A DNA stretch of 64,000 nucleotides from Pyrinomonadaceae bacterium. Its GTDB lineage: Bacteria; Acidobacteriota; Blastocatellia; Pyrinomonadales; Pyrinomonadaceae. Positions 22,101-31,589 of this stretch are shown piece by piece. The position numbers and the translations under genes are program-made. The notes under the pieces were generated by a model. The model did not search any database and was not told the DNA's origin. It saw nothing but the letters and a program-made list of their open reading frames with translations. Numbering within the stretch: the stretch's first letter is position 1; each line of letters opens with the position of its first letter. The stretch is taken from NCBI GenBank assembly GCA_046313635.1, contig JBKBYA010000001.1, positions 384,001 to 448,000 of the forward strand, given 5' to 3'.

Positions 22101-22476
22101 CGGCTCGGGCAACGGCGAATGGTGGATACTGCGCTCGACGGCCGGATTGTTTGCGACCGCGTTCGGTGCGGCGACCGACAAGGCCGTGCCGGGCGATTAC
22201 ACGGGCGACGGCAAGGCCGACATCGCGTTCTTTAGACCGGGCACGGGCGAATGGTTCATCCTCAGGAGTGAGAACCAATCGTACTTTGCCTTTACCTACG
22301 GCACCGCCGGCGACGCGGCCGTTCCCGGCGATTACGACGGCGACGGCAAGTTCGACGCCGCCGTCTATCGCCCGTCAAACCAGACATGGTTCATCAACCG
22401 AAGCACGCAGGGCTCGACCGCCGTCACCTTCGGAGCGACAGGCGATCAGCCGATACCGAACGTCTTCGTGAGGTAG
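19123..22476 (+). CDS. Secreted BNR/Asp-box beta-propeller (GH74/VPS10-like) protein with C-terminal FG-GAP module
   Basis: Signal peptide; repeated S-T-D-G-G-x-T-W/F; ATHGRG; DFDGD/DYDGD repeats. Confidence 0.88.
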   Translation: MKFTKLVLLLLIAPLLLAAAATGIWFAEKNETAATTSDVEYEGEDADLPPGRKINKDEYLRLRNEQLFLLRGLDTAKPDSRSRAIRDMERSEEALAARLANVGGASLLGDAALPPVANWRAIGPAPIPVNSSTSYSGRVSAIAVDPTNRDIVYVGTAQGGLYRSTDGGATWTPMLDNALSLAIGSVAVAPSDPTTVFVGTGEAAFSADSFFGVGIYRITNATSATPTISGPLNAGTTAGTDVFTGRAVSEIVVHPTNPNIIFASTTSGIAGIGGTASGMTIPNAGLFRSTNAMGASPTFEKLTIQGTLSASRSVIDIAIEPDNPARLVAAVIGSGGDGGIYLTTNALDPTPTFTRSMATADGTSTGRTEFAVNKPTGGPLTIYAANGTSTGGTTGSVLKSTDGGATFTATGATNFCSPQCWYDMAIAVDPVDATKVYLGGSPSLVFGRSTNGGTSFTASQSGLHVDTHAIAVAPSDPNTIYFGSDGGIWRSTDGGTNWTTLNNSTFHATQFQGIAVHPTDRNYTLGGTQDNGTQFLAPDGTTWIRSAGGDGGFTAIDQNATDTTNVISYHTYYNSSGSQIGFRRAISTVAPGNPAWGSFMGCGGTPNGINCADAVLFYAPMVVGPNAPGSQGNTLYFGTTRLYRSIDRGTTMTDVSGVLPARISAIAVAPQNDDVRLVGTTSGTVYLSTTAGATTMADVTGAIPVGVRRYVGRVAIDPTNANIAYVAYNGFGIPAGQHVWKTTNLLSGSPTWTPAGSGIPDVPVNAFVVDPADPQQLFAGTDIGVFVSIDGGATWQPFSTNLPRVAVFGMEIQKTSRVLRIATHGRGMFETDLRNVRSVPFDFDGDAKTDVGIFRPAPAEWWILRSGTSSVYAAQFGAAGDEASPADFTGDGKTDVAFFRPSTGQWFVLRSENSTFFAFPFGASGDVAVPSDYDGDGKSDAAVFRPSTSTWYVLRSSDQQVSTNAFGIAGDRPVPADYDGDGRTDIAIYRPSGGSGNGEWWILRSTAGLFATAFGAATDKAVPGDYTGDGKADIAFFRPGTGEWFILRSENQSYFAFTYGTAGDAAVPGDYDGDGKFDAAVYRPSNQTWFINRSTQGSTAVTFGATGDQPIPNVFVR

Positions 22477-22512
22477 CGAGAGCGAAACGGCTTGGCAGAG
22501 TGGACGAGATAT

Positions 22513-22546
22513 GAGGCCGTCTGGAAAGGCGGCCTCTTATTCATTT
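22513..22546 (+). terminator. Terminator-like hairpin
   Basis: GAGGCCGTCT-GGAA-AGGCGGCCTC followed by T-rich bases. Confidence 0.65.
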
Positions 22547-22617
22547 GATCAGTCGATCACGCTCTCGTTCTTTGAATGCCTTCTGCAAAAGTCGCACGGC
22601 GTAAGTGCGATGCTCGC

Positions 22618-22785
22618 GCGGCTTCGCCGCAGTGCTTTGCGGAAGGGCTTCGCCCTTCCGCGTCGAGCTACTTCTTATTTCTTTGAGGCTGCGCCTCCCG
22701 AAGGATGGAGGCGTAGCCTTCTGGATAGTTTAGGAAGCGTTCCGGAAAGGCAGAGCCTTTCCGCACAGCACTGCGGCGGAGCCGC
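22618..22785. repeat. REPIN/MITE-like nested palindromic element
   Basis: 43-bp imperfect inverted arms (37/43) at 22618-22660 and 22743-22785 with a central hairpin. Confidence 0.8.
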
Positions 22786-22875
22786 AAGAAGCAGGTTGCG
22801 AAGGGCGCGGGCCTTTCCGCCTAGCACATTGCGGTGCGGCCGAAGAACCGACTGACGCGCACCAAGGGAAATGCA

Positions 22876-22913
22876 AAAGAGGCCGCCTTTTCAAGCAGCC
22901 TCTTTCTTTTTTT
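22876..22913. terminator. Bidirectional terminator-like hairpin
   Basis: AAAGAGGC...GCCTCTTT with A run before and T run after, between convergent genes. Confidence 0.65.
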
Positions 22914-22928
22914 CTCGATCTCTCGAGA

Positions 22929-23495
22929 TCAATTATCGGTCGGTTTCGCGACGTCGGCCGACTTGATGCCGCCCGGCCGCCGCTGTTGACGACGCTCTTC
23001 GCGACGCTCGCGCATCTCTTCGCGCTTCTGCTCGAGCCGCTGGCGCTGCTCGGGTGTGAGCACGGCGAGAAGCTGCGTGTGAACCGCCTGGCCCTTTGCC
23101 CTCGCCTGCTCGCGAAGCGTGCGGAAGCGCTCCTTCTGCTCGTCGGTCAGCGTACCGCTGCGGCGGGCCTCCATCAGGCCTCGCATCTCGTCCATCGTCG
23201 CCTGGTCGGGCTTGTTGGCCTCGAGGATGCTCTTGATCTGCGCCTTTTGCGCGTCGGTCAGGTCGAGCCCGCGAAAGCCGCGCAGCATTCTTGCCGCACC
23301 GCCGCGGCGATGTCCGCCAAAGCCTCGCATGCCGCCCATCTTGTGGCCGCCAAACCCTCCGCGCCGTTCAAGTTTTTCCTGTTTCTGTACCGGATCGGCG
23401 GTCTGCGTCGTCTGCTGGGCCGACGCCGCGGCCGAGAACGCACCGACTGCCGCCGCCATTGCTACCGTGCCAAGGAATCTATTTTTTAATGACAT
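22929..23495 (-). CDS. Spy/CpxP-family periplasmic chaperone
   Basis: Signal peptide; LTDAQ, LTDEQ, LTPEQ (LTxxQ) motifs; GAGG RBS. Confidence 0.88.
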   Translation of the reverse strand: MSLKNRFLGTVAMAAAVGAFSAAASAQQTTQTADPVQKQEKLERRGGFGGHKMGGMRGFGGHRRGGAARMLRGFRGLDLTDAQKAQIKSILEANKPDQATMDEMRGLMEARRSGTLTDEQKERFRTLREQARAKGQAVHTQLLAVLTPEQRQRLEQKREEMRERREERRQQRRPGGIKSADVAKPTDN

Positions 23496-23588
23496 ATGCT
23501 TACCTCTGTATGGGATCGTGAGCGTTTCGCTTACGGTACCTTTGACGCGGCGCAGAGCGATTTGGCCGGATGAATTAGGCCGCCGCAG

Positions 23589-23603
23589 GTAAAGAATTGT
23601 AAA
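23589..23603. promoter_or_regulatory. CpxR-type box GTAAA-N5-GTAAA
   Basis: Exact motif 94 bp upstream of the Spy/CpxP gene. Confidence 0.6.
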
Positions 23604-23715
23604 GGGCATTCAGACCCGAGAGCCGGACGGGCCCACCGAGACCGGATTGAACATTTGCAATGCCGCAGGCTAAAATGCGAACTTTGATTGCATTGGCGCG
23701 CGTGCGCCCGATCTG

Positions 23716-25644
23716 ATGAGATTTCTTTCCGAGATAAACTCGCCCGCCGACTTGCGTCAACTCCGCATCGACGACCTTCAGGAAGTCGCGGACGAGGTGC
23801 GCCAGTTCATTATCGACACCTGCTCGCGCGTCGGCGGTCACACCGGGGCAAGCCTCGGCGCCGTCGAGCTGGCGGTGGCGATGCATTACGTTTTTGACAC
23901 GCCGCGCGACCGGCTGGTTTGGGACGTCGGCCACCAGGCCTACGCGCACAAGATCCTTACGGGGCGCCGCGACCGGCTGCACACGATCAAGCAGGACGGC
24001 GGGCTCTCGGGGTTTCTGCGACGCGACGAGTCGGAGTACGACACATTCGGCGCGGGGCACGCGTCGACGTCGGTTTCGGCCGCGCTCGGTATGGCGATCG
24101 CGCGGGACCAGAAGGGCGAGGACTTTCACGTCTGCGCTCTGATCGGCGACTCGAGCCTTGCGGGCGGAATGGCGATGGAGGCGATCAATCAGGCCGGGCA
24201 TTTGAAGTCGCGCCTGATCGTGCTGCTCAACGACAACGAGATGTCGATCGCTCCCGCCGTCGGCGCTCTGAGCCGCTATCTCAACCGGATCAAAGAGGCG
24301 CAGAGCTACCAGCATCTCAAAGAGGAGATCGGCGACGCGCTCGAGAGCGTGCCCGGCATCGGCGGCAGCCTGCGCCGCGCGGCAAAGTCGGTCAAGGACG
24401 CGATCGCCGCGGCCGTACTGCCCGGAGCGCTGGTCAACGAGCTCGGATTCAAATACATCGGCTATGTTGACGGTCACAACGTGCCGATGCTCGTCCGCGC
24501 GCTTGAAGAAGCGAAAAAGGTCGACGACGGCCCGGTGATCGTCCACGCGCTGACGACCAAGGGCAAGGGCTTCCCGAATCCGGAAAAGAATTACTACGCG
24601 TATCACGCGACCGGCCCATTCGACCCGAAGACCGGCCGGCCTTACAAATCGACCAAGCAGGCGCCGCCGACCTATACCGAGGTGTTTGGCCGCACGATGT
24701 GCGAGCTGATGGAGCGTGATCCGAGCATCATCGCTCTGACCGCGGCCATGCCCGACGGAACGGGCGTCGACAAGGTGCTCGAAAGGTTTCCGGAACGCGC
24801 CTACGACGTCGGCATCGCCGAGCAGCACGCCGTCACATTCTGCGCCGGAATGGCGTGCGAGGGACTCAAGCCCGTCGCGGCGATCTACTCGACATTCCTG
24901 CAGCGTGCATTCGACCAGGTCATTCACGACGTCTGCCTGCAGGACCTGAATGTCACGCTCGCGATGGACCGCGCCGGCATCGTCGGCGCAGACGGCCCGA
25001 CGCATCACGGGCTGCTCGACATCGCATACCTCCGCGGCTATCCGAATATCGTCCTGATGGCGCCGAAGGACGAGGCCGAGATGCGCGATATGCTGCTTAC
25101 CGCGATCGAGCATCCGGGCCCGGCCGCGATCAGATACCCGCGCGGCAGCGGGCTCGGCGTCGATATTTCGAACGAGCCCAAAAAGCTCGAGATCGGCAGG
25201 GGCGAGATCGTGCGCAAGGGCAAGGGCCGCGTCGCCATCGTCGCTTACGGTTCGATGGTCAAGCCGTCGCTCGACGCGGCTGTCAAGCTCGCCGCCGACG
25301 GCATCGACGCAACGGTCGTCAACGCGCGATTTGCCAAGCCGCTCGACGAGGAGCTCATCGCGACGCTCGTCGACGACAACGACATTCTCGTAACTGTCGA
25401 AGAGGCGTATCTCGCAGGCGGCTTCGGGTCGGCGGTAATGGAGTTTCTCGAGAGCCGGCGAATGCTCGACCGCATCGACCTGCACCGCATCGGCGTGGCG
25501 GACGAGATCGTCACGCACGGCGATCCAAAGATCCTTTTGGCAAAGTACGATCTCGACGCGGACGGCATCGCGCGCCGCGTCGCGTCGGCGGTGGGCAGCG
25601 GCCATACGGCCGGCACATCGACACGGTTAAAGGCAGTCAATTGA
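23716..25644 (+). CDS. dxs: 1-deoxy-D-xylulose-5-phosphate synthase
   Basis: WDVGHQAYAHKILTGRR, IAEQHAV, DRAG, IRYPRG. Confidence 0.98.
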   Translation: MRFLSEINSPADLRQLRIDDLQEVADEVRQFIIDTCSRVGGHTGASLGAVELAVAMHYVFDTPRDRLVWDVGHQAYAHKILTGRRDRLHTIKQDGGLSGFLRRDESEYDTFGAGHASTSVSAALGMAIARDQKGEDFHVCALIGDSSLAGGMAMEAINQAGHLKSRLIVLLNDNEMSIAPAVGALSRYLNRIKEAQSYQHLKEEIGDALESVPGIGGSLRRAAKSVKDAIAAAVLPGALVNELGFKYIGYVDGHNVPMLVRALEEAKKVDDGPVIVHALTTKGKGFPNPEKNYYAYHATGPFDPKTGRPYKSTKQAPPTYTEVFGRTMCELMERDPSIIALTAAMPDGTGVDKVLERFPERAYDVGIAEQHAVTFCAGMACEGLKPVAAIYSTFLQRAFDQVIHDVCLQDLNVTLAMDRAGIVGADGPTHHGLLDIAYLRGYPNIVLMAPKDEAEMRDMLLTAIEHPGPAAIRYPRGSGLGVDISNEPKKLEIGRGEIVRKGKGRVAIVAYGSMVKPSLDAAVKLAADGIDATVVNARFAKPLDEELIATLVDDNDILVTVEEAYLAGGFGSAVMEFLESRRMLDRIDLHRIGVADEIVTHGDPKILLAKYDLDADGIARRVASAVGSGHTAGTSTRLKAVN

Positions 25645-25659
25645 TCAGATCACACTCGA

Positions 25660-26448
25660 ATGAGCAAGCAGCAGCAGACAAAACAGAGCGGAGCTCCGGT
25701 CATCATCATCGTCCTCGTAGCGCTGGTCGCCGGATTTCTCGGCTTCTGGTATTACAACTCGTCCAAGGGCTCGACCGGGTCGGCAAACCGGACGGCCTCT
25801 AACGGCAATTCTTCGAGACCGGCGGCCAATTCGTCCGCGATCCCGCCGGACGCTCCCGCCGGGGCCCAACCGCCAAATCTTCTAGGTTCGCCGACGGCGA
25901 GCGTGACGATCGAGGAGTTTGCCGACTTTCAGTGCCCGTCGTGCGCGCAGGTCAACCCGATCATGAAGCAGCTCCAGTCGATCTACGGCTCGCGGATCAG
26001 ATTCGTCTTTCGCAACTTTCCGCTGCCGGGCCACGACAAGGCGTACGACGCCGCCGTTGCCGCAGAGGCCGCGGGCCTGCAGGGCCCGGACAAATTCTGG
26101 GCGATGCAGAATCAGCTCTACACGAATCAGCGCGACTGGTCGAGCGACCCGAATTTTAAGCAGGCCTTTCGTACATACGCCGAAAAGATCGGCCTCGATG
26201 TCGACCGCTGGACGACCGATATCGCCGGACTGCAGGCTAAAGGGCGCGTCGATGCCGACCTGCAGCGCGCGAGGGCGATCGGTGTCAGTTCGACGCCGAC
26301 CGTTTACATCAACGGCAAGATGGTCCCGTATCCGGACCTGAACCTGACGACGCTGCGCCAGCTCGTCGATGCCGAATTGGCCGCTTCGGCTCCGCAGACC
26401 GGCCAGCCGTCGTCGCCGGCAAACGGCAATTCGGCGCCGAAGCGGTAA
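25660..26448 (+). CDS. DsbA-family thiol-disulfide oxidoreductase
   Basis: FADFQCPSC, FRNFPL, STPT; N-terminal TM anchor. Confidence 0.92.
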   Translation: MSKQQQTKQSGAPVIIIVLVALVAGFLGFWYYNSSKGSTGSANRTASNGNSSRPAANSSAIPPDAPAGAQPPNLLGSPTASVTIEEFADFQCPSCAQVNPIMKQLQSIYGSRIRFVFRNFPLPGHDKAYDAAVAAEAAGLQGPDKFWAMQNQLYTNQRDWSSDPNFKQAFRTYAEKIGLDVDRWTTDIAGLQAKGRVDADLQRARAIGVSSTPTVYINGKMVPYPDLNLTTLRQLVDAELAASAPQTGQPSSPANGNSAPKR

Positions 26449-26477
26449 GGCTCGCCGTCTGCGGTCGGTCGTTCTCA

Positions 26478-26906
26478 ATGAAGCGAATCTTCCCCATCCT
26501 CGCCGTCCTCGCAGCTCTCATCGGGCTGGGCGACTCGGTATATCTGACCGTGAACCATCTGACGGCGACGCCCGTGCCATGCAGCATCGTTTCGGGCTGC
26601 GAGACCGTGCTGACCAGCGAGTACGCCGAGATAGGCGGCATACCGCTCGCTGCCTTTGGCGTGGCCGCCTACTTTGTCGCGTTCGCACTCTCGATGCTGG
26701 CCTTTTACGGCAACCGCGCGGCGTGGACGCTTTTTGGCCTTCAGGCTGCGGCGATGGCTGCGGTGTCGCTGCTTTTGATCTATGTGCAGGCATTTGTGAT
26801 CGGGGCCTTTTGCCAGTTCTGCCTGCTGTCGGCGGCGACGTCGTTCTCGCTGCTGGCCCTCTTTGTGATCTCAATAATTTCCGGTGCCAAAATTCAGGCC
26901 GAGTGA
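26478..26906 (+). CDS. Vitamin K epoxide reductase (VKOR) family protein
   Basis: C-x5-C...VLTSEY; CQFC motif; adjacent to DsbA. Confidence 0.92.
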   Translation: MKRIFPILAVLAALIGLGDSVYLTVNHLTATPVPCSIVSGCETVLTSEYAEIGGIPLAAFGVAAYFVAFALSMLAFYGNRAAWTLFGLQAAAMAAVSLLLIYVQAFVIGAFCQFCLLSAATSFSLLALFVISIISGAKIQAE

Positions 26907-27062
26907 AACCGACCGCCTCGCCGCGGCGAACATTCATTGTGTCGAGGCAGTTCGACAAAGAACGGCGGGCCGGCAGCGAGCACGGGAGGGAATTTCGGAC
27001 GATCTGACCTTTGAGGCTCGGGCCGTTGGCCCGATACGGGTTGCAGACAGGTAATCGACCTT

Positions 27063-27620
27063 TTGGCTGACGCTATTCTAAAACGCATAGCTTCGGGAGA
27101 CCGTTCGGCTGTCCAGGATTGTCTGGACAAATACGGCGGCCTCGTCTGGTCGCTCGCCCGAAAGATGCTGCGAGGCAGCGACGACGCAGAGGACGCAGTG
27201 CAGGAGATCTTTGTCGATCTTTGGAAGAACGCGGCGCGCTTTGACGAGGCGCAGGCTTCGGAGACGACGTTCATAGCGATGATCGCGAGACGGCGGCTGA
27301 TCGACAAGATCCGACATTCGAACCGGCGAATTTCGGCCGATTCGCTCGACGAAATGCTCGTCGAGCCGTCAAACCGCGGCGATCAAAAGATACAGCTTTC
27401 AGTCGAGGCAGGGCAGGTCGCCGAGGCGATACGAAGTTTACGACCCGAGCAGCAGCAGGTCTTGCAGCTTTCGATCGTGCAGGGGCTGTCGCATCAGGAG
27501 ATCGCCGACGCGACCGGGATGCCGCTCGGCACGGTCAAGACGCACGCCCGGCGCGGCATAATTCAGGCGAGGGAATTTTTGGGATTGGGAAGCGGCGGCA
27601 ATAGGGAGGTGGCTGTATGA
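27063..27620 (+). CDS. ECF RNA polymerase sigma factor (SigK-like)
   Basis: DAEDAVQEIF; SHQEIA...PLGTVKT. Confidence 0.93.
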   Translation: MADAILKRIASGDRSAVQDCLDKYGGLVWSLARKMLRGSDDAEDAVQEIFVDLWKNAARFDEAQASETTFIAMIARRRLIDKIRHSNRRISADSLDEMLVEPSNRGDQKIQLSVEAGQVAEAIRSLRPEQQQVLQLSIVQGLSHQEIADATGMPLGTVKTHARRGIIQAREFLGLGSGGNREVAV

Positions 27621-28471
27621 ATCGGAACTCCGACGAGATCCTTTTCGACCTCCTGGTCAAAGAGGCGACCGAAGGGCTGACGCCCGACGAACGTCGCGAG
27701 CTGGAGGAGATGCAGGCAGGCGCGCTGAACAAAGACGATTCGTTCGAGCTGACCGCGGCCGCCGTATCGCTGGCGGGCCTCGAGGTGATCGAGCCGATGC
27801 CCTCTCATCTCCGGGCACGGATAGAGGATGCCGCGGACCAGTGGTTCGCCGATCGCGAGTCGCTGGCCGCGTCGGGAACGAGAGACGTCGATCGCCCCGT
27901 CGCGGCATCGCCGGGGATCGGCCTATTCGGCTGGCTGGGCTGGGCCGCGGCGGCGGCCGCGTGCATCGTGCTCGTATTTAATCTTTACTCGCCGACCAGC
28001 CTCAGCAGACAGACCGCGTCTTCGCCGACGCCGTCGGCAAGCATAGCGCCGCCGTCGGCCGCGGAGCTTCGTGCGGAGCTGATAAATTCGGCCCCCGATA
28101 TCAAGCGGGCCGTCTGGGGGCCGGGCAACGTCAAGGAACTCTCGTCGGTCTCGGGCGACGCCGTCTGGAGCGATGCGGAGCAGAGAGGTTACCTGCGATT
28201 TCAGGGTCTGCCCAAGAACGACAGGTCAAAACAGTCTTATCAACTCTGGATCTTTGACGAGACACAGAGCGACAAGACGCCGATCGACGGCGGCGTATTT
28301 GACGTCGATTCTAACGGCGAGGTGATCATACCGATCGACGCCAAGCTCAAGGTGAGGAATCCCGCCGCCTTCGCCGTCACCATCGAAAAACCCGGCGGCG
28401 TCGTCGTCTCAGACCGTTCAAAGATCGCCGTACTCGGCAAGGTTGAAACCTCTCAGCGGCCGTCTGCGTAA
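27617..28471 (+). CDS. Anti-sigma factor (RskA-like)
   Basis: TM helix, YQLW and FAVTIEKPGG motifs; overlaps the sigma stop codon. Confidence 0.9.
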   Translation: MNRNSDEILFDLLVKEATEGLTPDERRELEEMQAGALNKDDSFELTAAAVSLAGLEVIEPMPSHLRARIEDAADQWFADRESLAASGTRDVDRPVAASPGIGLFGWLGWAAAAAACIVLVFNLYSPTSLSRQTASSPTPSASIAPPSAAELRAELINSAPDIKRAVWGPGNVKELSSVSGDAVWSDAEQRGYLRFQGLPKNDRSKQSYQLWIFDETQSDKTPIDGGVFDVDSNGEVIIPIDAKLKVRNPAAFAVTIEKPGGVVVSDRSKIAVLGKVETSQRPSA

Positions 28472-28582
28472 GAGTCACGCACAGTTTCAGAGATCTGATC
28501 CGAGCGTCCCGCCCACAAGGACGCCGCAGGTGCAGGTCTCTTTCGCTTCTTCACTTAAAAAACAACGGGACGAGGATCGTAA

Positions 28583-31387
28583 ATGAGTATCAAGGAAATT
28601 CTGATCACCGCTTTGGTTGTGGTGTCATTCGTCACCTCAAACGCGACCGCCCAGCCGAAGGCCGCGGGCGACCGTCTGCCGGCACTTGCCGTAAAGGAAT
28701 ACCGGCTCAAGAACGGGCTCCGCGTGATATTGCACCCAGATCGGTCGACGCCGATCGTCGCCGTCAACGTGTGGTATCACGTCGGCTCAAAGAACGAGGT
28801 GCCGGGCCGCACGGGCTTTGCGCACCTGTTTGAACACATGATGTTTCAGGGGTCGAAGAATTACGACACCGATTTTCTCAAGGCCGTCGACGATCTCGGC
28901 GCGAGCAATCTCAACGGCTCGACCAACGCCGACCGGACGAATTATTACGAGGTCGTGCCGTCGAATCAGCTCGAGGCCGTACTGTTTCTCGAGGCCGACC
29001 GGATGGGCGGGCTGCTCGACGCACTGACGCAGGAAAAGCTCGACAACCAGCGTGACGTCGTCAAGAACGAGCGCCGGCAGAACTACGACAACCAGCCCTA
29101 CGGCACCGCGTCAGAAAAGATCGCGGCGCTTATGTACCCGTCCGGCCACCCGTACAGCTGGACGACCATCGGTTCGCTCGACGACCTGACGGCGGCTTCG
29201 ATGGAGGACGTCAAATCGTTCTTTCGCCAATTCTACGTTCCGAATAACGCGTCGCTCGTCATCGCCGGCGACTTTGACGAGAAGCAGGCCCGGCGGTGGG
29301 TCGAGAAGTACTTTGGTCCGATCAGGAGCGGCTCGAATGTCGTCCGTCCAAACCCGGCCGCGCCCAAGCTCGACGGCGTGATCCGCAGGGAGTACGAGGA
29401 CGCCGTCCAGCTGCCGCGGCTCTATCAGGTCTGGCACACCGTACCGATGGGCCACAGGGACGAGGCCGCGCTCGACATCCTCGCGTCGATACTGTCGGCC
29501 GGCCGCGGCTCGCGTCTGCAGAGCAAGATGGTCTTTGACAAACAGTTGGTCCAGGACGTATTTGCTTCGCATTTCAGCCGCGAGATCGGCGGGTCTTTTC
29601 AGATAACATCGACCGCGCGGCCGGGCAAGACGCTGAACGAGGTCGAGCAGGAGATCGACGCCGAGATCGAGCGGATCAAAAAAGAGGCCCCGTCGGCCGA
29701 CGAGGTCCAGCGAGCGCTCAACCGCATCGAGGCGCAGGCGATCTTTTCGCTTCAGACCGTCAACGGCAAGGCCGACCAGCTCAATCGCAACGCGACATTC
29801 TTTGATCGCCCCGACAGCTTCCAGCAGCAGCTCGACGAGTATCGCAGAGTGACACCGGCCGATGTGCAGCGCGTCGCCCGCGAGTACCTCGTCGACAATC
29901 ATCTGGTGATGAACTTTGTACCGCGCAAGCAGCGCGCTGCATCGGCGGCCAACACCGCCGCCAACACGCCGACGACCAAGGCCGGGGCCAAACGCGAGGA
30001 CAAGCCCGACTATTCAAAGAATCTGCCAAAGCCCGGGCCGGAGCCTAAATTCTCTCTGCCGGCGATCGAGAAGCAAAAACTCTCGAACGGCCTAGAGGTC
30101 TGGCTCGTACGGCAGACCGAGCTGCCGATCGTCTCGATGAATCTCGTCCTCAAGACCGGCGCGACGGCCGACCCGAACGGCAAGGCCGGCACGGCGTCGT
30201 TCACGTCGAGCCTGCTCAATACGGGCACAAAGACGCGCTCGGCGGTCGATATCGCCAATCAGCTCGCGGATATCGGCGCGAGCCTCAACACCGGCTCCGG
30301 CTGGGACGCCTCCAACGTCTCGATGCAGACGCTGACCAAGAACCTCGACAAGGCGCTCGACGTCTTTGCCGACGTCGTCGTCAACGCGTCGTTCCCCGAA
30401 AAGGAATTCGAGACGCTGCAGCGGCGGTCCCTGATCGGCTTCCAGCAGCGTCGCGACAACGCGAACGCTATCGCCGGCGTCGCCTACAGCAAATTGCTCT
30501 ACGGCAAGGATCATCCCTACGGCAACGCGATCGGCGGCGACGAGGCCTCGGTCAAGTCGCTCAAGCGCTCGGACGTACAGGGGTTTTACGAGCGCTTCTA
30601 TCGACCGAACAATGCCGTCCTGATCGTCGCCGGCAACACGACGATGCAGGACCTCACGCCGCGGCTCGAAAAAGCGTTCGCAGGCTGGAAGCCGGCGGAG
30701 GTCGCCTCCGTGACGATCGCCGATCCGCCGAGCTTCGATCGGCCGGGCATCTATCTGATCGACAAGCCCGGCGCCGCACAGTCCGTCGTGCTGATCGGCC
30801 ATGTCGGCGTGCCGCGCAACAATCCGGACTACTACGCTCTCGAGGTGATGAACAACATCCTGGGCGGCGGCGGCTCGGCCCGGCTCTTTATGAACCTCCG
30901 CGAGGACAAGGGCTACACTTACGGCGCGTACAGCAACTTCTCGTTCCGACGCGGCGCGGGCCCCTTTACGGCGTCAGCCGGCGTGCAGACGGCGGTGACC
31001 AAAGAGTCGGTCATCGAGTTTATGAAGGAGCTGAACGGCATCCGCGGCTCGATCCCGATCACGCCGCAGGAGTTCGAGGCAAACAAGCGGAACATCATCC
31101 GCAGCTTCCCGGCCGGCTTTGAGACGAACGGGCAGATCGCCGGGCAGCTCGCCAATATCGTGACGTTCGGCCTGCCGGACACTTACTTTAACGACTACAT
31201 TCGCAACATCAACGCGGTCACGCTCGTTGATGTGAATCGCGTCGCGAACAAGTACCTGACGCCCGACAAAATGGCGGTCCTCATCGTCGGCGACCGGTCG
31301 GTGGTCGAGTCGAGGCTCCGAGAGATCGACCCGCTGGGCCGCACGATCTACTATCTCGACGCCGACGGCAACCCGATCGCGCAGTAG
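28583..31387 (+). CDS. Secreted M16-family zinc protease (fused halves)
   Basis: HLFEH, LKNGL/LSNGL, LREDKGYTYG. Confidence 0.95.
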   Translation: MSIKEILITALVVVSFVTSNATAQPKAAGDRLPALAVKEYRLKNGLRVILHPDRSTPIVAVNVWYHVGSKNEVPGRTGFAHLFEHMMFQGSKNYDTDFLKAVDDLGASNLNGSTNADRTNYYEVVPSNQLEAVLFLEADRMGGLLDALTQEKLDNQRDVVKNERRQNYDNQPYGTASEKIAALMYPSGHPYSWTTIGSLDDLTAASMEDVKSFFRQFYVPNNASLVIAGDFDEKQARRWVEKYFGPIRSGSNVVRPNPAAPKLDGVIRREYEDAVQLPRLYQVWHTVPMGHRDEAALDILASILSAGRGSRLQSKMVFDKQLVQDVFASHFSREIGGSFQITSTARPGKTLNEVEQEIDAEIERIKKEAPSADEVQRALNRIEAQAIFSLQTVNGKADQLNRNATFFDRPDSFQQQLDEYRRVTPADVQRVAREYLVDNHLVMNFVPRKQRAASAANTAANTPTTKAGAKREDKPDYSKNLPKPGPEPKFSLPAIEKQKLSNGLEVWLVRQTELPIVSMNLVLKTGATADPNGKAGTASFTSSLLNTGTKTRSAVDIANQLADIGASLNTGSGWDASNVSMQTLTKNLDKALDVFADVVVNASFPEKEFETLQRRSLIGFQQRRDNANAIAGVAYSKLLYGKDHPYGNAIGGDEASVKSLKRSDVQGFYERFYRPNNAVLIVAGNTTMQDLTPRLEKAFAGWKPAEVASVTIADPPSFDRPGIYLIDKPGAAQSVVLIGHVGVPRNNPDYYALEVMNNILGGGGSARLFMNLREDKGYTYGAYSNFSFRRGAGPFTASAGVQTAVTKESVIEFMKELNGIRGSIPITPQEFEANKRNIIRSFPAGFETNGQIAGQLANIVTFGLPDTYFNDYIRNINAVTLVDVNRVANKYLTPDKMAVLIVGDRSVVESRLREIDPLGRTIYYLDADGNPIAQ

Positions 31388-31414
31388 CCGCCGCGCCAAG
31401 GCGCAAATGACGTG

Positions 31415-31444
31415 GAGGCCGTCTGAGGAGACGGCCTCTTTTTG
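31415..31444 (+). terminator. Intrinsic terminator
   Basis: GAGGCCGTCT-GAGG-AGACGGCCTC followed by a T run. Confidence 0.85.
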
Positions 31445-31480
31445 CTGTTATTTAGGTTCGCCTGATCTTCGTCTGAGCAT

Positions 31481-31585
31481 AGCCCCGCCGTTCACGGCGG
31501 GGTCAGGCCGAGCAGAAAAAACCAAGGGCGTTTTAACGCCCTTAGATCAGTCGTTTGGTAAGCCGCCCCATCTATGGCGCGGCCG
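31481..31585. repeat. REP-like hairpin cluster
   Basis: CCCCGCCG-TTCA-CGGCGGGG, AAGGGCGT-TTTA-ACGCCCTT and a third degenerate hairpin. Confidence 0.55.
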
Positions 31586-31589
31586 ATCC

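Noticed and set aside
22511..22855. 114-aa ORF in the palindromic region
   Set aside because: It consists of terminator and REP-like hairpin sequence with no protein features.
23575..25605. 676-aa ORF antisense to dxs (and similar long shadows at 3976-5508, 19693-21336, 51139-52422, 60732-62978)
   Set aside because: They mirror well-supported genes on the opposite strand, carry no recognisable motifs, and are expected from GC-rich codon bias.
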